A stretch of DNA of 25,269 bases from positions 1 through 25,269 of the forward strand of contig JAZGDW010000159.1 of NCBI GenBank assembly GCA_036478295.1, in the 5' to 3' direction. The translations under genes and the position numbers were made by a program. A model generated the notes under the pieces. That model had not been told where the DNA came from. It did no database searches and worked only from the letters and a program-made list of their open reading frames with translations. Origin of the DNA: Candidatus Krumholzibacteriia bacterium. GTDB lineage: Bacteria > Krumholzibacteriota > Krumholzibacteriia > WVZY01. Position 1 is the stretch's first letter. The number at the start of each line of letters is the position of its first letter. Positions 1 through 8,824 of the stretch are shown here, piece after piece.

Positions 1-39
1 CTCTCGTACAACACTCTCGGGGTTGGTTCGCTTCGGCAT
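1..39 (-). CDS. Partial CDS, N-terminus MPKRTNPESVVRE, probable IS3-family transposase OrfA
   Basis: ATG at 39 preceded by AAGGAG; only 13 codons visible; family call from recalled similarity. Confidence 0.5.
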   Translation of the reverse strand, partial: MPKRTNPESVVRE

Positions 40-128
40 GGGCCACTCCTTTAGGGGTATTATAACATCGCAGAGTGTCCATTAATTTTGGACTTGATCT
101 GGTCCTACTCATGCTGACGGAAAACACA
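1..128 (-). mobile_element. Left end of a probable IS3-family insertion sequence (runs off the window start)
   Basis: Minus strand reads TGTGTTTTCCGTCAGC... from ~128 (TG terminus), then TGnTATAAT extended -10 (59-67), AAGGAG RBS and ATG at 39 giving MPKRTNPESVVRE, which resembles IS3-family OrfA N-termini. Exact IR end (126 or 128) uncertain. Confidence 0.5.
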
Positions 129-268
129 CTAGACTAGCGATAGCAAGATTTGATCGCGCCCCAAGTCTGTTGCTCAACAGGAGTGATGGCGCTGAATTCT
201 TGGATCCTGTTGTTGCTGAAATCCGCCACGTAGATGCTGCCGTCGTTCCCGACAGCGACCGCATAGGG
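127..268 (-). repeat. Direct repeat copy A: orphan duplicate of the 3' end of the NHL-repeat gene
   Basis: Aligns to 2532-2673 over 142 bp with 6 mismatches by hand; reads PYAVAVGNDGSIYVADFSNNRIQEFSAITPVEQQTWGAIKSCYR*; no in-frame start upstream before a stop. Confidence 0.95.
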
Positions 269-321
269 TACGACGTCGTCGTCTCGTGCAGGGTGCAGTT
301 GCCGGTGGACCTGGAGGAACG

Positions 322-453
322 GTACCGGAGTGCGTCGGATACGGGACGCCGGTGCCGGGTCTATTCATTTGCGGAAGCGGTAGCCACCCCGGCGGCGGCA
401 TCACCTGCGCACCCGGCGCGCTGGCGGTGGGTGCGATCCTGGAGAACTCCTGA
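322..453 (+). pseudogene. C-terminal fragment of a phytoene desaturase-like FAD-dependent oxidoreductase
   Basis: Frame reads VPECVGYGTPVPGLFICGSGSHPGGGITCAPGALAVGAILENS*, matching the family's YxTP(I/V)xGLYLCGxGTHPGGGVTGAPG C-terminal motif; the rest of the gene is absent. Confidence 0.75.
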
Positions 454-637
454 GGTCGGGTGGCGTAGAACGGAAAAACTAATCGCCGTCGAGCGAAATA
501 AGAGATTGTCGCTGGTCAGGATTGCGTGTTAGTACGATAGTAAGCATTAATCCGTGCTACCCGCTCGTCGGCCGTAAGTGCAATTCCGACTACGCGGACG
601 GATCAAATGGAAGGCACAGGCACCCAGGAGGTAAACG

Positions 638-2473
638 ATGTTTGCCACTAGGACCTCAGCCGCTCCCACCTTGCTCGCGTTGTGCTTGCTGCTCGCGTCG
701 TGCGAAAACCAAACCCGTACGGATAAGTCGCTAACTGCACCTCTCGCGCCTTCGCTCGTCACGACGACGAGCGGCGTAATCAACGTTCCTGCGGACTATT
801 CCGCGATCCAGGCAGCCATCGACGCCGCAGTGGCGGGAGACGTGATCGTCGTCGCCTCCGGGACCTATAGTGAGACGATCGACTTCAGCGGCAAGGCAAT
901 CACGGTTCGCAGTTCCGCGGGCGCGTTTTTGACGATCATAGACGGGGACAGCTCGAGTAGCTCTGTCGTAACGGCTGTCAGCGGCGAGGGGCCGACGACG
1001 GTTCTCGAGGGGTTCACCATCACCGGCGGCAATGCCCTCGAGGGCGGCGGGATGCTTAACGTCGGCAGCAGTCCGACCGTGCGGGACTGCATCTTCAGCG
1101 GAAACAACGCGAGCAGCCGGGGTGGTGGCATGTACAACGGCGCCGGCAGCCCCACTATCATCCGCGTACACTTCGAGCTCAACTCCGCGACAGAGATGGG
1201 TGGAGGGGTGTTCAACTTCGAGGCCAGCCCGACGATCAGCGAGTCGCGCTTCACCCAGAACACCTCCAACAAGGGTGGGGGCATGCGGAACTACCTCAAC
1301 AGCCATCCGACGGTGACCAAGTGCGTATTCGAGGACAATCACGCGGTCGAGGAAGGCGGCGGCATGGATAACCGCAAGAACAGCAATCCCATCGTCACGA
1401 ACTGCCTGTTCGTAGGCAACACGGCCAGCTCGGGCGGCGCCATGCACAACTATGTCGGTCGTGCCACGGCGACCGGCAATCCGACCCTTATCAATGTGTT
1501 GATGGTCGGCAACAGCGCATCGGAGGGCGGCGGCATGCGAAACAACGACCCCAGCCCCCTCATTCTCAATTCGGTCATCGCCTTCAATACAGGATCCGGC
1601 ATCAGCAGCCGCAACGGCAGCGCTCCAGTGATCCACAACACCATTGTTTGGGGCAACACAGCCGGCTCCTTTTCCGGTAAGAGGCTGAACACGTGGATCG
1701 TCACCTATAGCGATATCGAAGGCGGCTTTCCGGGCATCGAAAACCGGAACGTCGATCCGATGTTCGTTGATCCCGCCGGCTATAATTTGCACCTCCAGCC
1801 GGCGTCGACCCTGATCGATGCGGGCGGTTTTCATGCCTTACTGCCGCTCACGGATTACGACGGGAATCCTCGCATCATGGGTACCGCTGTCGACATGGGT
1901 CCCTATGAGTTCGGTGGAGTGAGCGGCGGGAATCTTCCTCCGATCGCCTCGTTCGCGACACCGAGCTGTACGGGGCTGACCTGCGACTTCATTGACACGT
2001 CGACGGACTTCGACGGATCAGTGGTTTCCTGGTCTTGGGACTTCGGCGACGGCGTCACCTCGACAGCCCAGAATCCAAGCCACACCTACGCCGCGGATGG
2101 GACCTACCCGGTGACGCTGACCGTCAGCGATGATGACGGCGATAGCGATGCCGTAACGCGGAACACAACGGTGAGCGCGACGACCGAAGCCCTGACCGTT
2201 AGCGCTATGTCACCTGATACCGCCGCGGTGCCCAGCACATTCATCGCGACGATCAGTGGGACCGGTTTTGGCGCCGATGCGCAGGTAGGCTTCAGCGGTG
2301 GCAAGGGCCCAGCACCCGAGGTGACAAGCGTTTCGGTTGTCAGCTCGACGACCATCACGGCGACGATTACGATCAGTTCTGGCGGCCCGCGGCGGCCGAG
2401 GATTTGGGATGTAGTCGTTACATCAGGCGGGTCGAGCGCGACCTTGCCCGGTGCACTGACGGTGCTACCGTAG
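638..2473 (+). CDS. Lipoprotein with right-handed parallel beta-helix repeats, PKD domain and C-terminal IPT/TIG-like Ig domain
   Basis: GGAGGT RBS; lipobox LLAS-C; VPADYSAIQAAIDAA start of helix; repeated GGGMxN...FxxN; DYDGNPR..VDMGPYEF motif; PKD WSWDFGDG..NPSHTY..GTYPVTLTV; ISGTGF motif. Confidence 0.85.
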   Translation: MFATRTSAAPTLLALCLLLASCENQTRTDKSLTAPLAPSLVTTTSGVINVPADYSAIQAAIDAAVAGDVIVVASGTYSETIDFSGKAITVRSSAGAFLTIIDGDSSSSSVVTAVSGEGPTTVLEGFTITGGNALEGGGMLNVGSSPTVRDCIFSGNNASSRGGGMYNGAGSPTIIRVHFELNSATEMGGGVFNFEASPTISESRFTQNTSNKGGGMRNYLNSHPTVTKCVFEDNHAVEEGGGMDNRKNSNPIVTNCLFVGNTASSGGAMHNYVGRATATGNPTLINVLMVGNSASEGGGMRNNDPSPLILNSVIAFNTGSGISSRNGSAPVIHNTIVWGNTAGSFSGKRLNTWIVTYSDIEGGFPGIENRNVDPMFVDPAGYNLHLQPASTLIDAGGFHALLPLTDYDGNPRIMGTAVDMGPYEFGGVSGGNLPPIASFATPSCTGLTCDFIDTSTDFDGSVVSWSWDFGDGVTSTAQNPSHTYAADGTYPVTLTVSDDDGDSDAVTRNTTVSATTEALTVSAMSPDTAAVPSTFIATISGTGFGADAQVGFSGGKGPAPEVTSVSVVSSTTITATITISSGGPRRPRIWDVVVTSGGSSATLPGALTVLP

Positions 2474-2531
2474 CCGGGGCACTCCGGACCCGTACAACCC
2501 GCAGAAGTACACCGGTGTAGCAGGCGAGCAT

Positions 2532-2673
2532 CACTCGACTAGCGATAGCGAGATTTGATCGCGCCCCAAGTCTGTTGCTCAACAGGAGTGATGGCACTGA
2601 ATGCTTGGATCCTGTTGTTGCTGGAATCCGCCACGTAAATGCTGCCGTCGTTCCCGACAGCGACCGCATAGGG
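2532..2673 (-). repeat. Direct repeat copy B (3' end of the intact NHL gene)
   Basis: 136/142 identical to 127-268 (offset 2405). Confidence 0.95.
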
Positions 2674-3531
2674 GAGATTGAATTGGCCCTGCCCCGTACC
2701 CAGCGTTCCCCAGTTCGTGACGAAGACGCCAGCGTTTGTGAAGATCTGGATCCGGTGGTTGTTGCGGTCGGCCACGTAGACATTGTCGCTGCTGTCTCTG
2801 GATAAAGCCCGCGGGAGGTTCAATTCTCCGTCTCCCGCACCGGGGCTCCCCCACTTGGCTAGAAATTTCCCCATGTTCGTGAACTTCTGGATGCGCGGAC
2901 TGGCATCGGCCACGAAGACGTTTCCGCTCCCATCGATTGTGATGCCGTTGGCCTGAGTGAACTGTCCGTCCGCGGTGCCCGAGTCGCCCCACGTTGTCAA
3001 GAAAACCCCACTGTTTGAGAATTTCTGAATGCGGTTCTGATTGCGGTCCGCCACGTAGACGTTTCCGGTTGCGTCCACTGCGAGGCCGTGGTTGTGCTGA
3101 AACTGACCTTCTCCGTCTCCTTTAGATCCCCATTTGGTGATGAAGCCGCCGTCACCGGTGAACTTCTGGACACGGTTGTTACCAGTTTCGGCCACAAATA
3201 GGTTGCCGCTTGTGTCCACGCCGATCCCGTGAGGATGATCGAACTGCCCGTCTCCGGTTCCGGGAGAACCCCATTTCATCAGGAATGTTCCGTCGCTCGC
3301 GAACTTCTGAACGCGGTTGTTACCCGTGTCGGCGACGAAGATGTCTCCGTTCGCATCCACCACGATGCCATGAGGCGACGAGAACTGTCCGTCTCCATCT
3401 CCCAAGCTGCCCCACTCAAGGACGAACGTGGGCTGGCACTCTCCGCTTGTGTGGATAAGGCAAATCGCAAAAAACGAGATCAGTGGAAGGCGAAGCGCCT
3501 TCATCCGGCAGGTCACCCACGAGCTGTCCAT
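2539..3531 (-). CDS. Secreted six-bladed NHL-repeat beta-propeller with C-terminal TPVEQQTWGAIKSRYR tail
   Basis: Six repeats of WGxxGxGDGQFxxPxG(I/L)xVDxxGN(I/V)(F/Y)VADxxNxR(I/V)QKF; hydrophobic N-terminus. Start ATG 3531 (AGAGAG upstream) or 3504. Confidence 0.88.
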   Translation of the reverse strand: MDSSWVTCRMKALRLPLISFFAICLIHTSGECQPTFVLEWGSLGDGDGQFSSPHGIVVDANGDIFVADTGNNRVQKFASDGTFLMKWGSPGTGDGQFDHPHGIGVDTSGNLFVAETGNNRVQKFTGDGGFITKWGSKGDGEGQFQHNHGLAVDATGNVYVADRNQNRIQKFSNSGVFLTTWGDSGTADGQFTQANGITIDGSGNVFVADASPRIQKFTNMGKFLAKWGSPGAGDGELNLPRALSRDSSDNVYVADRNNHRIQIFTNAGVFVTNWGTLGTGQGQFNLPYAVAVGNDGSIYVADSSNNRIQAFSAITPVEQQTWGAIKSRYR

Positions 3532-3753
3532 GGTGTACTCTCTATCTGCAGAGCGGTCGATAGACTGCAATACTACCACAGACCTCGGCGATTCGTCGCA
3601 GCAAACCGATCATATCTTAGGGTTCTAGTGCGCTGTTACGGCTGGAAATTCCCGGACCACCCCTTCCAGGAATCCTGATTTGCCCAAGGATTCCATGGTG
3701 CTTCACCTTGAAGTCTAGCTAGCTGAGCCAGTTGCAGAGAGTCTTGATTCTAA

Positions 3754-3834
3754 CCGGTGGCCTCGGGTGTGTATTTCGTGCTGCGCAAGGCACTGTTGGG
3801 TCAGCGAACGGCCCGGGCGGTACTTCTCAAATAA
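3754..3834 (+). pseudogene. Orphan C-terminal FlgD-Ig/T9SS-like sorting-domain tail
   Basis: Reads PVASGVYFVLRKALLGQRTARAVLLK* directly after an in-frame TAA; resembles the VASGVYFYRL...RKMVLLK* tail; followed by a terminator-like hairpin. Confidence 0.7.
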
Positions 3835-3847
3835 GAACCTGCAAAGC

Positions 3848-3877
3848 GGCGGCGGCTCCCCAAGGGGAGCCGCCGCC
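3848..3877 (+). terminator. Strong GC hairpin, probable terminator of the lost upstream gene
   Basis: Perfect 14-bp inverted repeat GGCGGCGGCTCCCC-AA-GGGGAGCCGCCGCC, 13 nt after the TAA at 3834; U-tract is weak. Confidence 0.6.
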
Positions 3878-3906
3878 TTGACGTAGAGCTCCCTCCGGCC
3901 TATATT
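3878..3906 (+). promoter_or_regulatory. Sigma70-type promoter for the 3946 gene
   Basis: TTGACG-17 nt-TATATT. Confidence 0.65.
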
Positions 3907-3945
3907 AAAGATACCCACTACAATAACCGCCCCGCGAGAAGAGCC

Positions 3946-5793
3946 ATGCAATTTCCTTCGACGCCCTGCGTCTTGCTCACTCTGTTGGTAACCCTCACCT
4001 GCGCGGCGTACGTCCAGCCGAGCGCTGCAGTGGTCTATCACAAACAATCACCCGGAGAAACCCCCGCCAACCAACGGCGTGTCACGGCGCCCGTTTCCCA
4101 CCTGGAGCTGGTTTACAAGGACAAAGGCCGGCTGAGCCTGTCCGTGGACGGACTGGGGACCGTTCTGCCGGTCGGCACGGTGCAGGTCGACAAACCCCCG
4201 GGCGGCAAGGTCAGGAAGGCCTTTCTCATGGTGGCGTCGGCCGGCTTCAGCGAGCACCGCCAGCACGAGGTGTCGATCGACAAAGCCCCGGTGGAATGGG
4301 ACCTTTCAGTTCCCAGCGCGGTCGGATCCTGGAACGGAATCGCCGATGTCACCAACCTGGTGCAGCCGCGTATCGACGGCGCCAACGCCGGCCGGGTGGT
4401 GATGGAAATCCACGAGAGCCCGAGCGATCTTATCGACGGTGTGATCCTGGCTGTCGTGTTCGACAACCCGAGTGCCGGTGAGGATAACGAGATCGCGCTG
4501 TTTTTCGGGGCTCAAAAAGTGCAAGGAGAGGCTTTTGCGATAGAGCTCTCGGAAGCGGTCGGGGCCGGGATGGGGAGTGGAAAGCGATTTGAGTTGGGAG
4601 TCGGTATTTCCTATAGTTTCCAGTCGAGCAGCGAGCAGGGACAGTTCAGCTGGATAGACATCAACGGACGCCGGCTCACCACGGCGGCGGGGGGTCCGGA
4701 CGATGGATCGCCGCTCCCGGGAGCGCTGCTCACCGTCGGGGGACTGGACGACGTCGCCTTGAACCCCGCGCTCGCGCACGGACCGGTGGCGAATCTCATG
4801 ACCGACGATGAATACTATAACCTCGGCCCGCTTCTCGACGCGGGTGACACCAGGATCACCGTTGCAACCGGAAACCCGTCCGGCGATGAAAATCTTTTCT
4901 TCGCGAGCTTTCTTGCCACCAGTGATCCGCAGGAGGGACGTGGGCCCACCGCGGTCCAGGGCGGAATCCCCGTGCAACACGAAGCAGGCTCGCGCCCGGA
5001 ACTGGACGTTGAGGAGAGCACCGTATCAGACCGCCACCCCGACAACGTCGTGCTTACGGCGACCTCTTCTTCGAGCAAGGTCGGCTCGCAATCCGAAATC
5101 AACGCTACCGTGCTTGGCGCGGGTGAGCCTCTCGCGGAGGTCGACATCGAGTTGAAAATTGTCTCGGGTCCGCACGCCGGAGTCGTATCGCAGACGCGCA
5201 CCAACGCCTATGGCCAGGCCTCGTTTCTGTATCGCGGATTGTATGTGGGCAAGGATCTACTGGTGGCCGTCGTTGCCGACAGCGCCGGCGCGGTTGCTGG
5301 ATCCAGCGTTCTGATCCACGAGTGGCTCGAGGCCGCGTCGCGGGCGTTCATCGACATCGCACCGGGCGTGTGCCCCAACGTCGTGAACCCCGATTTTCAG
5401 GACCTCCTCACCATCGCGTTGACCGGGACCGATGGGTTCGATGTGGCAAACGTGGACGTGGCCTCGCTGTCTCTGGGAGACGTTGCTCCCGTCCAGATTC
5501 AGTACCGCGACGTCAGCCGACCCGCGGACAGTGGTGATTGTCCGTGTTCGGGCGACGGGGGCGACGGGATTGAGGATCTGGTATTGAGATTCCGCATGAC
5601 CGATCTCCCGTACCTCAGCGAAGGGACGGAAGACGACTCTCAACGCATAGCGCTTACGGGAAGGCTCGAGACCGGCGAGTTATTCGAAGCGACGAATTGC
5701 GTCATCTTATCCAGATCGCTGGATCGGTCGATCGAGATGCCGAACACGGTTCTGGTGCCTACGGAGACAATCGATCAGGACGACCAGCCTTGA
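3946..5793 (+). CDS. Secreted multidomain protein with a bacterial Ig-like (Big_1-type) domain and a C-terminal 'IDIxPGxCPN...DGxxDLVLxF' domain
   Basis: Signal peptide; uncharacterised N-terminal domain; INATV..GEPLAEVDIELKIVSGPHAG..TNAYGQASFLY Ig motif; C-terminal IDIAPGVCPNVVNP and GDGIEDLVLRF. Confidence 0.75.
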   Translation: MQFPSTPCVLLTLLVTLTCAAYVQPSAAVVYHKQSPGETPANQRRVTAPVSHLELVYKDKGRLSLSVDGLGTVLPVGTVQVDKPPGGKVRKAFLMVASAGFSEHRQHEVSIDKAPVEWDLSVPSAVGSWNGIADVTNLVQPRIDGANAGRVVMEIHESPSDLIDGVILAVVFDNPSAGEDNEIALFFGAQKVQGEAFAIELSEAVGAGMGSGKRFELGVGISYSFQSSSEQGQFSWIDINGRRLTTAAGGPDDGSPLPGALLTVGGLDDVALNPALAHGPVANLMTDDEYYNLGPLLDAGDTRITVATGNPSGDENLFFASFLATSDPQEGRGPTAVQGGIPVQHEAGSRPELDVEESTVSDRHPDNVVLTATSSSSKVGSQSEINATVLGAGEPLAEVDIELKIVSGPHAGVVSQTRTNAYGQASFLYRGLYVGKDLLVAVVADSAGAVAGSSVLIHEWLEAASRAFIDIAPGVCPNVVNPDFQDLLTIALTGTDGFDVANVDVASLSLGDVAPVQIQYRDVSRPADSGDCPCSGDGGDGIEDLVLRFRMTDLPYLSEGTEDDSQRIALTGRLETGELFEATNCVILSRSLDRSIEMPNTVLVPTETIDQDDQP

Positions 5794-5908
5794 ACCCCGA
5801 GCTTTTGTTCTCCGCCATCCCAGGGAAAGAACCCTGAGCTTCCAAATCCCTCGAGTTTTCGTATCCGTTGCTTGGCAGCAGCCCGTCCCATGAGGTAAGC
5901 TATGCTTC

Positions 5909-6835
5909 ATGCTTGCCGATAAGGCAGAGCCACAGATCGAATTGTCGATATGGGAGAAACTCCAGTATTGGCTTTTGCGCCCTTTGGTTCACGGTTGTAA
6001 TCGTGCTACCGAGGAGGAGCTCAATCAGACCGCGAGGGAAGGACCTACGCTCGATCTTAGGGCTGGGCAACAGCGCCTTGCGAAGCTGATTGCACGCTTA
6101 GAAGGCCGACTGAGAATCCAGCCTGACTTGAGTTACCTAGATGTGGGCTGTGGCAGCGGTGACCTCGCCTGCGCATTGATTCAGGCGGGAGCGCGTGACG
6201 TAACCGGGATCGACATCGTCTCCAGGAATATCGAGGCCGCGCGAAGCACTGTCAGCCAAGTGCTACGAAACGAATCCTCCCCCATTTTCGTTCATGCAGA
6301 CATCAATACCTGGGAGCCCGCTCATCGCTACGATGTCGTCTTCTCCCATGAGGCTTTAGAACACATCGATCGTCCGGATCGGTTTATCCAGAGCTTGACT
6401 CGACTAATGAAACCGAACGGCTGCGCAGTGCTTGCGTTCGGCCCGCTTTTTCATTCTCCAATTGGGGACCACCTGTGGGGTTTCTTTCGCGTACAAATCC
6501 CCTGGCGTGGACTCATCTTCTCTGAGAAGGTTTTGCTGCAGCTTCGACGGGAGTTCTTTCGGCTGACTGACAACGCCCTTCGCTTTCAAGATATTACGGG
6601 GGGGCTCAACCTTATGAGGTATTCTGAGTTCCTCAAGTATGTTTCGGAGGCGGGACTAGAGTTCGAGTTTTTGAGCATCAACCCCCAGCTGAAGCGAATA
6701 CGGCCCCTCTATCATCTCTCTAGGGGACTCGTGCGCTTGCCGGTTGTGCAGGATTATTTTGTTGTGTCCGTCTATGCTATTTTGGAACGTGAACGCTCCC
6801 CAAGATCGATTCCCCCATCGTCTCATCCTCCGTGA
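5909..6835 (+). CDS. Class I SAM-dependent methyltransferase
   Basis: Motif I YLDVGCGSG, VTGIDI, YDVVFSHEALEHI, LMKPNG. Confidence 0.88.
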   Translation: MLADKAEPQIELSIWEKLQYWLLRPLVHGCNRATEEELNQTAREGPTLDLRAGQQRLAKLIARLEGRLRIQPDLSYLDVGCGSGDLACALIQAGARDVTGIDIVSRNIEAARSTVSQVLRNESSPIFVHADINTWEPAHRYDVVFSHEALEHIDRPDRFIQSLTRLMKPNGCAVLAFGPLFHSPIGDHLWGFFRVQIPWRGLIFSEKVLLQLRREFFRLTDNALRFQDITGGLNLMRYSEFLKYVSEAGLEFEFLSINPQLKRIRPLYHLSRGLVRLPVVQDYFVVSVYAILERERSPRSIPPSSHPP

Positions 6836-6870
6836 CCGAGCACTTTGCGTGGTTCTCTCTCGATTCTGGC

Positions 6871-6945
6871 AGGAATGGCGAGAGCGAGCGTGGCGATCAT
6901 GTGGCCTCGAGTGTCTACTTTTATCGGCTCACCGCGCCGGGTTAG
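6871..6945 (+). pseudogene. Degraded FlgD-Ig/T9SS-like C-terminal domain fragment
   Basis: Reads RNGESERGDHVASSVYFYRLTAPG*, compared with consensus WDGxxxxGxxVASGVYFYRL; W->R and G->S are each single-base changes; early stop. Confidence 0.7.
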
Positions 6946-7004
6946 AGTAGCCAGATTTCATTTCGCACGAGCGCCCGGCGTTAGCAACCATCCCCGATTA
7001 CCCC

Positions 7005-7046
7005 TTGACAGAACAATAGTTACCCGTCATAATTAACCATGGTGTG
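7005..7046 (+). promoter_or_regulatory. Sigma70 promoter with overlapping putative DtxR/MntR operator
   Basis: TTGACA(7005)-17-CATAAT(7028-7033); TTAACCATGGTGTG starts at 7033, 11/14 match to the perfect palindrome at 20156; extra GGTTAA half-site at 7064-7069. Confidence 0.75.
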
Positions 7047-7085
7047 ATTCTTGCTCTTATCCAGGTTAAAGGAGCCGGTAGACCT

Positions 7086-7754
7086 ATGGTAGGCAGTTCC
7101 GTTCAAGATTACGTCAAGGCGATATACAAGTTATCCCTTAAAAACAAAGCAATTACGCCGACGCATCTGGCGGAGCGGCTCGGGGTGTCCTCCCCGGCGG
7201 TGACCAAGATGGTTCGCAAGCTGCAAGACTTGAAGCTGGTCCGCTACGCCCGCTCGAAGGGGCTCAGTCTCACTCCTTCGGGAGAGAAGGTCGCCCTCGA
7301 GGTCATCCGTCACCATCGGTTGTTGGAGCTCTACCTCACTGAGGCCCTCGGCTACAGCTGGGAGGAAGTGCACGACGAGGCGGAAAAACTCGAGCACGTC
7401 ATCTCCGAGCATTTCGAAGAAAAGATAGAAAAACTCCTCGGCTACCCGACTCATGACCCCCACGGTGCGCCCATCCCGACCAGAGACGGGGACGTGGAAG
7501 CGAGTGAAATTATCAAGCTTTCCCGTCTCGAACCCGGGCAGCGGGCGGTGATCCGGCAGGTGAGCGACAACGACTCGGACATGCTGTCCTATCTCGGTAG
7601 TCTTGGCATGTACCCGGGAACCCGGGTCGAGATGGTTGCAAAGGAACCGTACGGCGGGTCACTACGGATAAAGGTGTCGGGCAAGAATCATTCGATTGGC
7701 AGCGAATTGGCCGAAAAGGTTTTTATTTCGCTGGCGAACGAGGTGGAGAATTAG
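7086..7754 (+). CDS. mntR: DtxR/MntR-family metal-dependent repressor with C-terminal FeoA/SH3-like domain
   Basis: AAGGAG before ATG 7086; QDYVKAIY, wHTH LAERLGVSSPAVTKMVRKL, RHHRLLELYL, EAEKLEH, PTHDPHGAPIP, YLGSLGMYPG. Confidence 0.9.
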   Translation: MVGSSVQDYVKAIYKLSLKNKAITPTHLAERLGVSSPAVTKMVRKLQDLKLVRYARSKGLSLTPSGEKVALEVIRHHRLLELYLTEALGYSWEEVHDEAEKLEHVISEHFEEKIEKLLGYPTHDPHGAPIPTRDGDVEASEIIKLSRLEPGQRAVIRQVSDNDSDMLSYLGSLGMYPGTRVEMVAKEPYGGSLRIKVSGKNHSIGSELAEKVFISLANEVEN

Positions 7755-7762
7755 GAAAGAAA

Positions 7763-8824
7763 ATGTCTGACAACGAAAACAAAAAAGAAGGAAGAATTTC
7801 CCGTCGTGGTTTTCTGCTGGGAGCCGGCGGCACGTTCGCCGGTCTGTTCATGGGTGCCAGACAGGCCGGTGCGGACCGGGCGCAGGGCGCACGTGGTCAC
7901 GGCGGCCATCCGAGGACCCACGTCATGCCGGCGGTGGTCGGCGAGTGCACGTCCGGTACCCTGGACCCCCAAGGTTTCCTGACCCATTTTCACTACGGAG
8001 ACAAGCGAACCCCGCTTGGTAACGGCAGGGTGCTCCGCGAATACGAGATACACGCCGTGGACAAGGAGATCGAAATTGCCCCGGGGTTGTTCTTTCCCGC
8101 CTGGGCCTACGGCTCCCCCAACGCGCCGGGTGGCCTGACCGGGCACGTACCCGGACCGACCCTCCGCGCCCGCGAGGGAGACCGTATCAAGATTCGATTC
8201 ATCAATGAGGGCTCTCATCCCCACACCATTCACTTTCATGGTTTCCATTCGGCCGAGATGGACGGGGCCTTGCCGGCCGACTACGTGTATCCCGGTGGCG
8301 AGTTCATATACGAATTCGACGCGGCGCCGTTCGGTCTTCACCTTTACCACTGCCATTCGGTACCGCTGAAGCGGCACATCCACAAGGGACTCTACGGGGT
8401 CTTTATCGTGGATCCTCCAAAGCCGCGCCCGCCGGCGCGCGAACTGGTCATGGTAATGAACGGTTTCGACACCAACTTTGACGGTGACAACGAAATCTAC
8501 GCGGTAAACAGCGTCGCCCATCACCACATGCGGAGTCTCATCAAGGTGACACGGGGCGAGCTGCTCCGTATTTACCTGGTCAACGTCACCGAGTTCGACC
8601 CGATCAACTCGTTTCACATACACGCGAACTTCTTTCACGAGTACCGGACCGGAACCAAACTGACTCCGGATCATTTCACCGATACCGTCATGTTGTGCCA
8701 GGGCGAACGCTCGATACTGGAGATGCGCCTCAGGAAACCCGGGAAATATATGTTTCACGCCCACCAGAGCGAATTCGCCGAGCTGGGCTGGATGGGTCTC
8801 TTCGACGTAACGGAGCCCGCATGA
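7763..8824 (+). CDS. Tat-exported two-domain multicopper oxidase (T1 site in domain 1)
   Basis: SRRGFL Tat motif; HTIHFHG and YHCH..H...L in domain 1; NSFHIH and MFHAH (no Cys) in domain 2. Confidence 0.88.
   Translation: MSDNENKKEGRISRRGFLLGAGGTFAGLFMGARQAGADRAQGARGHGGHPRTHVMPAVVGECTSGTLDPQGFLTHFHYGDKRTPLGNGRVLREYEIHAVDKEIEIAPGLFFPAWAYGSPNAPGGLTGHVPGPTLRAREGDRIKIRFINEGSHPHTIHFHGFHSAEMDGALPADYVYPGGEFIYEFDAAPFGLHLYHCHSVPLKRHIHKGLYGVFIVDPPKPRPPARELVMVMNGFDTNFDGDNEIYAVNSVAHHHMRSLIKVTRGELLRIYLVNVTEFDPINSFHIHANFFHEYRTGTKLTPDHFTDTVMLCQGERSILEMRLRKPGKYMFHAHQSEFAELGWMGLFDVTEPA

Noticed and set aside
127..2673. DGR template/variable repeat pair
   Set aside because: Mismatches (a/c, a/g, g/a, t/g, a/g, g/a) are not confined to adenines of one copy, and no reverse transcriptase is in the window.
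7763..8824. Copper nitrite reductase (nirK)
   Set aside because: HxH motifs (HFH, HCH, HIH, HAH) supply trinuclear-cluster ligands; NirK's catalytic Asp motif is absent.
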